The position numbers were made by a program, and so were the translations under genes. From the sequence record DRR723986_4006: a DNA stretch of 64,000 nt. One strand, 5' to 3'. The stretch's first letter is position 1; every line of letters begins with the position of its first letter. The notes below the pieces were generated by a model, which ran no database searches, was not told where the DNA came from, and saw nothing but the letters and a program-made list of their open reading frames with translations. Shown here one piece after another: positions 40,801-48,213 of the stretch.

Positions 40801-42223
40801 GGCAGATTTTACTAAAGGTGAAGCTGATGTATTGAGAAAGGCCATGGGTAAAAAGCAAAAGGCTGTACTGGATAAGATGAAGCCAAAATTCATTGAACAA
40901 GCTGCTGCTAAAGGCATGGATAAGGAGAAGCTCGAAAAAATCTGGAAGGATTGGGAAGCTTTTGCAAGTTATGCATTTAACAAGTCGCACTCAACTTGTT
41001 ACGCATGGATTGCTTATCAGACGGCTTATTTAAAAGCACATTATCCAGCAGAATATATGGCTGCTGTACTATCTAATAATATGAATGACATAAAGTCTGT
41101 AACCTTCTTTATGGAAGAGTGTAAGCGTATGCGTTTACCTGTTTTAGGGCCAAGTGTTAATGAGAGTTATTATAAGTTTTCAGTAAATAAAGATAATGCC
41201 GTTCGATTTGGAATGGGAGCCATAAAGGGTGTTGGTCATGGTGCTGTAAAAACCATTGTAGAAAACAGAAAAAATGATGGAAACTACAAGTCTATTTTTG
41301 ATTTAGCTAAACGTATAGACCTAAGAGCTGCAAATAAGAAGTCGTTTGAAGGTTTAGCTAATGCAGGTGGCTTTGATTGTTTTGAAGGTACACATCGAGC
41401 TCAATACTTTGCGCACGATGGAGATGGTATTACCTTTTTAGAAAAGGCTATTCGATATGGAGCCAAGCATCAGGAAAATGAGAATTCTGCACAGGTAAGT
41501 TTATTTGGTGCGGCAAGTGAAGTACAAATTGCTGAACCACAAGTACCACCATGTGAGGATTGGGGAACTATGGAAAAATTATCTCGAGAAAAAGAAGTTG
41601 TTGGGATTTATATCTCTGGTCATCCACTCGATGATTTTAAAATTGAGATGAAAACCTTTTGTAATGGTACTATTTCAGCATTTAATAATCTTGAAGTAAT
41701 ACTCAATAGAGAAATCACCTTTGGTGGAGTTGTAACAGATGTACAGCATCGCGTAAGCAAACAAGGAAAAGGGTGGGCACTATTTACAATTGAGGATTAT
41801 ACAGACAGCTTTGAATTTAGAATCTTCGGTGAAGACTATCTAAAATTTAGACACTTCTTTGTAGTAAATTCCTTCGTGTATGTTCGAGCTTATATTAAAG
41901 AAGGTTGGGTGAATAGGGATACCGGTAAAAAGGGTGAGCCAAGAATTCAATTTAATAGTTTTCAGCTTTTGCACGATGTTATGGATACTTACGCCAAGAA
42001 GTTATCTATACAATTGAATATTGATGATTTAAAGGCTGAGAAAATAAACAACTTACAAGATTTATTTAGAATGCATGATGGCAATAATTCACTTAATTTT
42101 TTAGTCTATGATAATACTGAAAAATTAAAACTCACAATGCCAAGTCGAAAACAGAAGGTGAAGATATCTCAAGAACTATTAAATGAGCTAGAGGCTCAGG
42201 ATGTGATGTATAAATTAAATTAA
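37838..42223 (+). CDS. dnaE: DNA polymerase III alpha subunit with fused N-terminal DEDDh exonuclease
   Basis: DTETTG...HNATAD exonuclease; HLHNHS PHP domain; GRGSAAGS, PDIDIDF, YAFNKSHS. Confidence 0.96.
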   Translation: MYLIFDTETTGLPKRWDAPITDTDNWPRAVQIAWQLHDAMGNCIEQQDYLIQPDGFNIPFDAEKIHGISTELAQEQGVPLTEVLEKFNEALSKTKFVVGQNVKFDLNIMGAEFVREDVANPLQELPVLDTCTEHTANLCRIPGGRGGKFKLPTLTELHQFLFDQPFAEAHNATADVEATTRCFFELVRKEQYTVEQLDVQPDYFQKFSEENPDTIQLIGLKHINLKRESAKINERLQKEQSQELPTETNKAAAALLADVDFVHLHNHSQFSILQSTISVKDLVEAAAKEEMPAVALTDHGNMMGAFHFVSAVSNHNKSVKAQHAEAEENGEEKKGQIIKPIIGCEFFVCENHTDKTRKDNGYQIVLLAKNKKGYHNLAKLSSAAFTDGFYYVPRIDKQLIEHYKEDLICLTGNLYGEVPSKVLNIGENQAEEALLWWKDAFGDDLYIELMRHNQEDENRVNQVLVQFARKHNVKLVATNNTYYVEQENANAHDILLCVKDGEKQATPIGRGRGYRYGLTNQEYYFKSSEEMKALFRDIPEAIVNIQEVVDKIEAYELARDVLLPAFDIPNEFKFEDDEADGGKRGENTYLKHLTYEGAKKRYGEITPEIKERLDFELSVIENTGYPGYFLIVEDFIREARNMDVSVGPGRGSAAGSVVAYCLWITNIDPIKYDLLFERFLNPDRVSMPDIDIDFDDEGRGRVMQYVIDKYGANQVAQIITYGTMAAKTSIRDTARVLDLPLNEADHIAKLIPNMSKLGKIFGKSEKELASKFRSEELEKVNQLLNISDGEDLQAETVNQARVLEGSVRNTGIHACGVIITPGDITNYVPVSVAKDSDLYVTQFDNSVVESAGLLKMDFLGLKTLTLIKDTVKIVKAKHGIELDPENFPLDDEETYALFQRGETVGIFQYESPGMQKHMKHLKPTVFDDLIAMNALYRPGPMEYIPSFIRRKHGDEEIVYDLPEMEEYLKETYGITVYQEQVMLLSQKLADFTKGEADVLRKAMGKKQKAVLDKMKPKFIEQAAAKGMDKEKLEKIWKDWEAFASYAFNKSHSTCYAWIAYQTAYLKAHYPAEYMAAVLSNNMNDIKSVTFFMEECKRMRLPVLGPSVNESYYKFSVNKDNAVRFGMGAIKGVGHGAVKTIVENRKNDGNYKSIFDLAKRIDLRAANKKSFEGLANAGGFDCFEGTHRAQYFAHDGDGITFLEKAIRYGAKHQENENSAQVSLFGAASEVQIAEPQVPPCEDWGTMEKLSREKEVVGIYISGHPLDDFKIEMKTFCNGTISAFNNLEVILNREITFGGVVTDVQHRVSKQGKGWALFTIEDYTDSFEFRIFGEDYLKFRHFFVVNSFVYVRAYIKEGWVNRDTGKKGEPRIQFNSFQLLHDVMDTYAKKLSIQLNIDDLKAEKINNLQDLFRMHDGNNSLNFLVYDNTEKLKLTMPSRKQKVKISQELLNELEAQDVMYKLN

Positions 42224-42276
42224 CATTAAACTATCCAATGTTAGCATAGCCAAATCATATACTGCCATTGTAAGGT

Positions 42277-42301
42277 TTGGCATTTTTTTTGACTAACTTT
42301 G
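42277..42301 (+). promoter_or_regulatory. trxA promoter region: sigma-54-like box plus -7 box
   Basis: TTGGCA-N6-TTGA (GG-N10-G) followed by TAACTTTG at 42294. Confidence 0.4.
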
Positions 42302-42337
42302 TAGAATTAAAGTAGAATACAATAAACATTAAATATT

Positions 42338-42655
42338 ATGGCATTAGAAATAACAGATGCAACTTTTGAAGAAACAGTATTAAAGAGTGACAAACCAGTA
42401 ATGGTAGATTTTTGGGCTGCTTGGTGTGGACCTTGTCGTATGGTTGGGCCAATCATTGATGAAATTAGCTCTGAGTATGAAGGCAAAGCTGTAGTTGGTA
42501 AGGTAGATGTTGATGCGAATCAAGAATTTGCTGCTAAATATGGTGTAAGAAATATTCCTACAGTTTTAGTTTTTCAAAATGGAGAAGTTGTAGGACGTCA
42601 AGTAGGTGTAGCGCCAAAAAGTGCTTATGCTGAAGCTATTGACGCTCTTTTATAG
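42338..42655 (+). CDS. trxA: Thioredoxin
   Basis: WCGPC active site. Confidence 0.97.
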   Translation: MALEITDATFEETVLKSDKPVMVDFWAAWCGPCRMVGPIIDEISSEYEGKAVVGKVDVDANQEFAAKYGVRNIPTVLVFQNGEVVGRQVGVAPKSAYAEAIDALL

Positions 42656-42676
42656 ATATTACTCTAAAAGAAATGA

Positions 42677-42708
42677 TAAAAGGTTTGCCATTACGGCAAA
42701 CCTTTTTT
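42677..42708 (+). terminator. Intrinsic terminator
   Basis: AAAGGTTTGCC-ATTAC-GGCAAACCTTTTTT. Confidence 0.85.
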
Positions 42709-42722
42709 AGTTTCGGACTATC

Positions 42723-43652
42723 ATGGATTTACAGTTAGAATTAAATAAAGCTGGAGGGTTTAAAAACCTGGAGTTACTCGCAAAACAAGTAGTCGAGGGT
42801 TTTATAGCAGGTATGCATAAGAGTCCTTTTCATGGTTTTTCTGCAGAGTTTGCAGAACATAAAATTTATAATCAGGGTGAAAGTACTAAGCATATTGATT
42901 GGAAATTATTTGCTAAAACAGATCGCTTATATACTAAACGTTATGATGAAGAAACAAATTTAAGATGCCACCTTATTGTAGATAATAGTAGTTCTATGCA
43001 TTATCCAGAATCTGCTGGTACATCTATAGATAACCTTAACAAAATAGCATTTTCTGTATTAGCATGTGCCTCATTGATGAATATTTTGAAAAAGCAACGA
43101 GATGCCGTTGGTTTAAGTATTTACAGTGATACTTATAATTTTTATTCACCAGAAAAGGGAAGTGAGAGACATCATCAAATGCTTTTAGGAAAGCTAAGTA
43201 ATGCTGTGGTTTCTAAGCCAGATACTAAAACTACAGAAACCTACAAATACTTGCATCAGATTGCAGAAAAAATACATAGAAGATCTTTAATTTTTGTTTT
43301 TACCGATATGTTTCAAACATCAGAAGATGATGAAAAGTTATTTGAGGCATTACGTCATTTAAAGCATAACAAACATGAAGTAGTGTTATTTCATGTCTTT
43401 GATAAAGAACGGGAACTGACCTTTAATTTTGATAACAGACCTAAACGATTTATTGATGTTGAGACGGGTGAGTATATTAATCTCTACGCAGACAATATCA
43501 AAGAGAATTACGAAAAGGCTGTTAGTGAGTATTTTAAAAATGTAAAATTAAAGTGTGGTCAATACAGAATAAAGTATGTAGAAGCCGATATTAATAGTGG
43601 TTTTAACAACGTCCTTACGACATACATGATCGAGCGACAAAAATTTGTGTAG
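42723..43652 (+). CDS. DUF58 (vWA-like, MoxR-associated) protein
   Basis: G.H.S...G.S.EFAEH..Y..G, IDWK, DNSSSM. Confidence 0.9.
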   Translation: MDLQLELNKAGGFKNLELLAKQVVEGFIAGMHKSPFHGFSAEFAEHKIYNQGESTKHIDWKLFAKTDRLYTKRYDEETNLRCHLIVDNSSSMHYPESAGTSIDNLNKIAFSVLACASLMNILKKQRDAVGLSIYSDTYNFYSPEKGSERHHQMLLGKLSNAVVSKPDTKTTETYKYLHQIAEKIHRRSLIFVFTDMFQTSEDDEKLFEALRHLKHNKHEVVLFHVFDKERELTFNFDNRPKRFIDVETGEYINLYADNIKENYEKAVSEYFKNVKLKCGQYRIKYVEADINSGFNNVLTTYMIERQKFV

Positions 43653-43728
43653 TTAATTGTCTATTTTTTACCTTTTTTGTTTGCGAAATTAAAAATGCAA
43701 TGTATATTTGCCCTCGCAATTATGCAAC

Positions 43729-43802
43729 GGTCTGGTAGTTCAGTTGGTTAGAATGTCGCCCTGTCACGGCGAAGGTCGCGGGTTCGAGTCCCGTCCAGAC
43801 CG
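43729..43802 (+). tRNA. tRNA-Asp (GTC)
   Basis: Acceptor GGTCTGG/CCAGACC with discriminator G, anticodon arm TCGCC-CTGTCAC-GGCGA, T-loop TTCGAGT; CCA not encoded; -7 box TATATTTG at 43703. Confidence 0.97.
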
Positions 43803-43815
43803 CTAAAATTGGAGA

Positions 43816-43841
43816 AAGGCTTCTATAATTAGAAGCTTTTT
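43816..43841 (+). terminator. tRNA terminator
   Basis: AAAGGCTTCTA-TAAT-TAGAAGCTTTTT. Confidence 0.75.
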
Positions 43842-44106
43842 CAATATAAAGATGTTGTGTTGTTCTCAGGTTATAAAATCTGAGACGTAGTAGAATTCCA
43901 AGTAGTATTGGAAATTTACCAATGAAAGGCTTTCCTTTTTTCTTTTCAGAAAATCGGGATGCTTTTTTGTTTTTGACAACATCATTTACCTTCTTTAACG
44001 TATTTAGCATCAATACTTTTTAACATGTTATGAACATCTAAATGGTATTTTATCGATAAAAACTACAGATAATCGGTAAAATACTTGTTATTTATAGAAT
44101 TAAATC

Positions 44107-44114
44107 TATATTTG
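44107..44114 (+). promoter_or_regulatory. -7 promoter element for the small peptide gene
   Basis: TATATTTG about 220 nt upstream of ATG 44333. Confidence 0.55.
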
Positions 44115-44332
44115 TTGTCCTTCTTAAGTCCTCAAATCGCTTATCAAGGACATTTTAATCCATTTTACTTTTAGACCTAACAGGTCAAGAACGTCCCTCG
44201 TTTAATTTTAGTATTGTTTTAGGCAAGTCCTAAAGTAGTTAATTATCCATTCCTTTCCCTCGGATCAATGCTTTTGCATTGCAAAATTGTAATAATTACT
44301 ATTTAATAAACCCTAAATTAATACTTAAACCT

Positions 44333-44500
44333 ATGAAATCCTTAAAAATTACTTTAGCCTTAGTTGCAATTGTTATGTTAACTGTATCTGGTCTGCAATC
44401 TAATGATGTTGCAAGCGACCAGCCTACTTATGAAACAAAAAGCAACTTTGATTTGTTAGCTACAAATAAGAAAAAAGGAGCAAAGCCATCTAACGCTTAA
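44333..44500 (+). CDS. Small secreted peptide precursor (55 aa), candidate signalling peptide
   Basis: MKSLK n-region, ITLALVAIVMLTVSG h-region, no lipobox Cys, basic tail NKKKGAKPSNA; A-rich start context and its own terminator. Confidence 0.75.
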   Translation: MKSLKITLALVAIVMLTVSGLQSNDVASDQPTYETKSNFDLLATNKKKGAKPSNA

Positions 44501-44525
44501 ACTTCTAATTCTTTTTAATATACAT

Positions 44526-44553
44526 AGTCCTTATTATTCAATAAGGGCTTTTT
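44526..44553 (+). terminator. Intrinsic terminator after the peptide gene
   Basis: AGTCCTTATT-ATTC-AATAAGGGCT-TTTT. Confidence 0.75.
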
Positions 44554-44634
44554 GTGTTATTATATATTTCTTTTCTTCAGGTATATTTGAATTTTAATTG
44601 TTAGTTTTAGAATATCAATTAAACTTCATAAAGA

Positions 44635-46671
44635 TTGTTTAGATATACCATATTATTTGCAATTTTAATTACGGGTTTGTTATCGGTAAATGCGCAAAAT
44701 GATTCAGCTATTTTTGATAGTATCCAAAAATACAGAGCCTTAACGGCTGATGAAAATTTTGATTTTAATCAAAGACTTCAATTTGCTAAAAAAGCAGTAA
44801 GCCTCTCTGAGCAAACAAAACTCGATTCTACGATATTATACAGTAATAGACAATTATCTTTTGTCTACTTAATGATAGATGATTATGAACCGTTTAGAGA
44901 AATCAACTGTAATAGTTTAAAACTGGCTTCTAAATTAAAAGATACGTTATCATTAGCCGCAGTTAATAACAATTTAGGATATTATCATTTTCAAGATGCA
45001 CGTTCAGATAGTTCTTATTATTATTATTCTAAAGCTTTAAAGTTTTTTATTGAACTGAATAATAAAGACGAAGAAGCGATTATCCTATTAAACATAGCGA
45101 ATATTCAAGAAACTGAAAAAGATTATGTAGGCGCTGAAGAAAGTGCAATTGACGCTATAAAAATCACAAATTCCCTACCAAAAACTCAAGTACGGCTAGA
45201 CAGGTTGTGGTCTCTCCATAACTTAATAGGTATTACCTCTTTAAAGCTCAAATCCTATGATAGAGCCATTGAATACCATAATAAAGCCTTGGAATATGCA
45301 GATGAAATGAGGTATGGATATTACAATAAATTGTATTCTACAAATAATTTAGCGGAAGTCTACAAGACAAAAGGTGATATAGAAAAATCTATAGAACTTT
45401 ATGAAATAGTAGTTAAACAAAAAGAAAGATATATAGACGACGATCCTTCATTCTACGCCATTGCACTTGCAAATCTTGCTTATACCAAATCCTTAAGAAA
45501 GGAAAATAATCTAGCAGAATTAAAGACAATGTTTTATGAAGCTAAAAATATAAGTGATACGCTAGATGACAAATTATCAAAAACGGGTATTGCAATAGAT
45601 TTAGCAAGGTTTTACAAAAACCTAAATGAAGTGGATTCAGCATTATTCTATGCAGATAGAAGTCGTAGATTAGCAGAAGAGTCTTCTAACAATGAGTTAT
45701 TATTAAAGGCACTATTTATTTTGTCAGACCTTAAAGATGGTGATGAAAGTAAGTATTATTCAAAAAGATATATTAAGCTCGCAGATAGTTTACTTGATAA
45801 AGAAAGAAATGCAAGAAATAAGTTTGCAAGACTCACTTTAGAAACAGACCAATTAGAGGCTGAAAATCAACAAATCTCAAAAGAGAATTTATATCTATTA
45901 ATACTTTCAATTGGATCTTTACTTACTGCCATTCTAATCTATGTTGTAATTTCTCAACGAGCTAAGAATAGAAAATTAAAACTCTTACAAGTTCAACAAA
46001 AAGCTAACGAAGATATTTATAATTTAATGTTAATTCAACAAGACAAAGTTGATGAAGCAAGAACGCAAGAGAAGAAACGAATTTCGGAGGAGCTTCATGA
46101 TGGTGTATTAGGTAGATTATTTGGTACTAGATTAAGTCTTGATAGTATTAATTTTAAAGATGGTAAAGAGGCTATGACAACTAGAGCTAACTATATTAGT
46201 CAGCTTAAAACTATAGAAGAGGACATCCGCAAAATCTCGCATGAGTTAAATACAGACTTTGTTACAGGTACTAGTTTTATGGATATTGTATCAGAACTTA
46301 TTGAGAATCAAACTAAAGCCTATGGATTAGATTATGAATTTGATTTTACAGATGATATAAGCTGGGATTTGGTAAGCAATAAAACTAAAATAAACGTTTA
46401 CAGAATCATACAAGAATCAATGCAAAATATTTACAAACATGCAAATGCTTCACAGATTAAAATTAGTATTTCATTAAAAAATAATGTAATTTGCTTAGAC
46501 ATTATTGATGACGGTTCTGGTTTTGATACAGCCAAAAGCAAGAAAGGAATTGGACTTAAAAATATGACTTCTCGTGTAGAAGATGTTAATGGAAAAATTA
46601 CCTTTTTATCTGAGCAAGGACAAGGAACAAGTGTTTATGTTAAGATTCCCTATACTAACCAATCAGCATGA
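44635..46671 (+). CDS. TPR-containing sensor histidine kinase (HisKA_3 type)
   Basis: Signal peptide ...VNA|Q, several TPR helices, one TM helix (LYLLILSIGSLLTAILIYVVI), H-box RISEELHDG, QESMQNIYKHA, DDGSGF, GIGL; -7 box TATATTTG at 44582. Confidence 0.92.
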   Translation: MFRYTILFAILITGLLSVNAQNDSAIFDSIQKYRALTADENFDFNQRLQFAKKAVSLSEQTKLDSTILYSNRQLSFVYLMIDDYEPFREINCNSLKLASKLKDTLSLAAVNNNLGYYHFQDARSDSSYYYYSKALKFFIELNNKDEEAIILLNIANIQETEKDYVGAEESAIDAIKITNSLPKTQVRLDRLWSLHNLIGITSLKLKSYDRAIEYHNKALEYADEMRYGYYNKLYSTNNLAEVYKTKGDIEKSIELYEIVVKQKERYIDDDPSFYAIALANLAYTKSLRKENNLAELKTMFYEAKNISDTLDDKLSKTGIAIDLARFYKNLNEVDSALFYADRSRRLAEESSNNELLLKALFILSDLKDGDESKYYSKRYIKLADSLLDKERNARNKFARLTLETDQLEAENQQISKENLYLLILSIGSLLTAILIYVVISQRAKNRKLKLLQVQQKANEDIYNLMLIQQDKVDEARTQEKKRISEELHDGVLGRLFGTRLSLDSINFKDGKEAMTTRANYISQLKTIEEDIRKISHELNTDFVTGTSFMDIVSELIENQTKAYGLDYEFDFTDDISWDLVSNKTKINVYRIIQESMQNIYKHANASQIKISISLKNNVICLDIIDDGSGFDTAKSKKGIGLKNMTSRVEDVNGKITFLSEQGQGTSVYVKIPYTNQSA

Positions 46672-46753
46672 AATAAACTATAAGTATGCTATTTAAATTT
46701 TAGCGTATTATAGTTAATTCCATCTGTCCCTAAATTTGAATAAAACAAAACAG

Positions 46754-47422
46754 ATGAAACATATTAACATTTTAATGGTAGATGACCATCCAATTATTAT
46801 TGAAGGTTACCAAAATGTTTTAATGTCAACTAAAGAAGAAGACCAAACTTTACTTATTGATACTGCAAATAATTGTGATACTGCTCAATTAATGATTCAT
46901 AGGGCCGCAGACGGAACACCATATGATGTTTGCTTTTTTGATATAAGTTTGCCTGCTTCAGAAGATGGTAAATATACCAGTGGAGAGGATTTAGCATTAT
47001 TGACCAAATGCCTACTACCAGAAGCTAAAATTATTATTCTAACAATGTTCAATGAATCTTTCAGAATACATAATATCATTAAAGAAATAAATCCGGATGG
47101 ATTCTTAATAAAAAGTGATTTAACGTCTATGGAGTTGGCAGATGCGTTTCAGCAAATATTAAGTTCACCACCATATTACAGTAGCACTGTAAACAACTAT
47201 GTAAAAAAGACTATTACCAGCGAAATTTATGTAGATGATGTTAACCGTAAAATTTTGCATTTACTCTCTCAAGGCATAAAAACAAAAAGTTTAAACGAAT
47301 ATATTCCGCTATCTACAAGTGCTATTGAAAAGCGAAAAAAGCAACTAAAGTTATTATTTTCTGTAACCGACGGAAAGGACGAAACATTGCTTCAAGAAGC
47401 TAGAGAAAAAGGTTATTTATAG
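46754..47422 (+). CDS. NarL/LuxR-like response regulator
   Basis: MVDDH, FFDISLP phospho-Asp, LTM, LIK; C-terminal HTH (LLSQG..TK...LS.SAIEKRK). ATG 46754 preferred over TTG 46736. Confidence 0.9.
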   Translation: MKHINILMVDDHPIIIEGYQNVLMSTKEEDQTLLIDTANNCDTAQLMIHRAADGTPYDVCFFDISLPASEDGKYTSGEDLALLTKCLLPEAKIIILTMFNESFRIHNIIKEINPDGFLIKSDLTSMELADAFQQILSSPPYYSSTVNNYVKKTITSEIYVDDVNRKILHLLSQGIKTKSLNEYIPLSTSAIEKRKKQLKLLFSVTDGKDETLLQEAREKGYL

Positions 47423-47449
47423 AAATTTGTGAAAAAAAAACACCGTTTT

Positions 47450-47546
47450 TACGGTTGTTAAATCTTCTTCAAAGTACCGTTCTAATTGAAAACTACGGTT
47501 TAACCACAGCATTTTTGAGGTTTAACCACAACAAAAAGTCGGTTAC
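47450..47546 (+). repeat. 22-bp-phased GGTT repeat array (putative regulator binding sites)
   Basis: Perfect GGTTTAACCACA at 47497 and 47519; further GGTT cores at 47453 and 47541. Confidence 0.7.
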
Positions 47547-47565
47547 GATATTTACATTTACACCA

Positions 47566-47658
47566 AGTCAACAAGAATTAATTAATCCCTCTTTAAGTAA
47601 TTGTTGAGTTAATAGCAAGAAAATTAACCTAGTAGCATCTCATGTTACTAGGTTTTTT
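47566..47658 (+). ncRNA. Candidate ~90-nt small RNA
   Basis: -7-like TACATTTA at 47553, stem TCAACAA/TTGTTGA with a TCCCTCT loop, then a terminator; no ORF. Confidence 0.5.
47626..47658 (+). terminator. Intrinsic terminator (possibly bidirectional)
   Basis: AACCTAGTAGCA-TCTCA-TGTTACTAGGTT-TTTT. Confidence 0.85.
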
Positions 47659-47660
47659 CT

Positions 47661-48158
47661 TTATAGTAAACTAGCATTATAGTCTGATAACTTCACGATA
47701 AAAAAACCAAGAAATATTATTGCCACAATAAACTTTAAAAATGTTGATGCAATAAAGCCTAAAAAAGATCCAAACGCTGCTTTCAATGCTTTATCAAAAT
47801 CATTTCTATGTATCATTTCACCAATCAATGCACCAACAAATGGGCCAATAATAATACTAAAGGGAATAGGTGATAAAATACCAACAAGAAGACCCAAAGT
47901 CGTACCTATCATACCAGCTCTGCTACCACCAAAGCGTTTTGTGCCTAATGCAGGTATAATGTAATCTAATATGTAAATGAAGATAGCAACCAAAAGTGTA
48001 CTGATAAGAAATGTTTGCGATAATTCAACACCTTCAGTAAAATGAAGTACTAATAAACCTGCCCAACTGGTGAGTGGACCTGGTAATATTGGTAAAAAAC
48101 TACCAATTATTCCTAATATCATTAATAACAGTGCAACCAGCACTAAAAATAATTCCAT
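47661..48158 (-). CDS. DUF456 membrane protein
   Basis: GSFLPILPG, GTKRFGGS, GPFVGA..GE motifs. Confidence 0.88.
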   Translation of the reverse strand: MELFLVLVALLLMILGIIGSFLPILPGPLTSWAGLLVLHFTEGVELSQTFLISTLLVAIFIYILDYIIPALGTKRFGGSRAGMIGTTLGLLVGILSPIPFSIIIGPFVGALIGEMIHRNDFDKALKAAFGSFLGFIASTFLKFIVAIIFLGFFIVKLSDYNASLL

Positions 48159-48213
48159 ACATAAGTTTTAATTCACAAGTATGACGCAAAATAAAGCTAT
48201 TCGTTACATTTTA

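Noticed and set aside
43720-44013. 97-aa minus-strand ORF
   Set aside because: It is antisense to tRNA-Asp (the VWTGLEPAT..VTGRHSNQLNY pattern is a classic tRNA shadow translation).
4209-44332. Longest-ORF starts for leuS (4209), T9SS protein (23220), FNR (29385), rimM (35130) and the peptide (44279)
   Set aside because: The extensions run through promoter boxes, terminators or leaders; downstream ATGs give family-typical N-termini or signal peptides.
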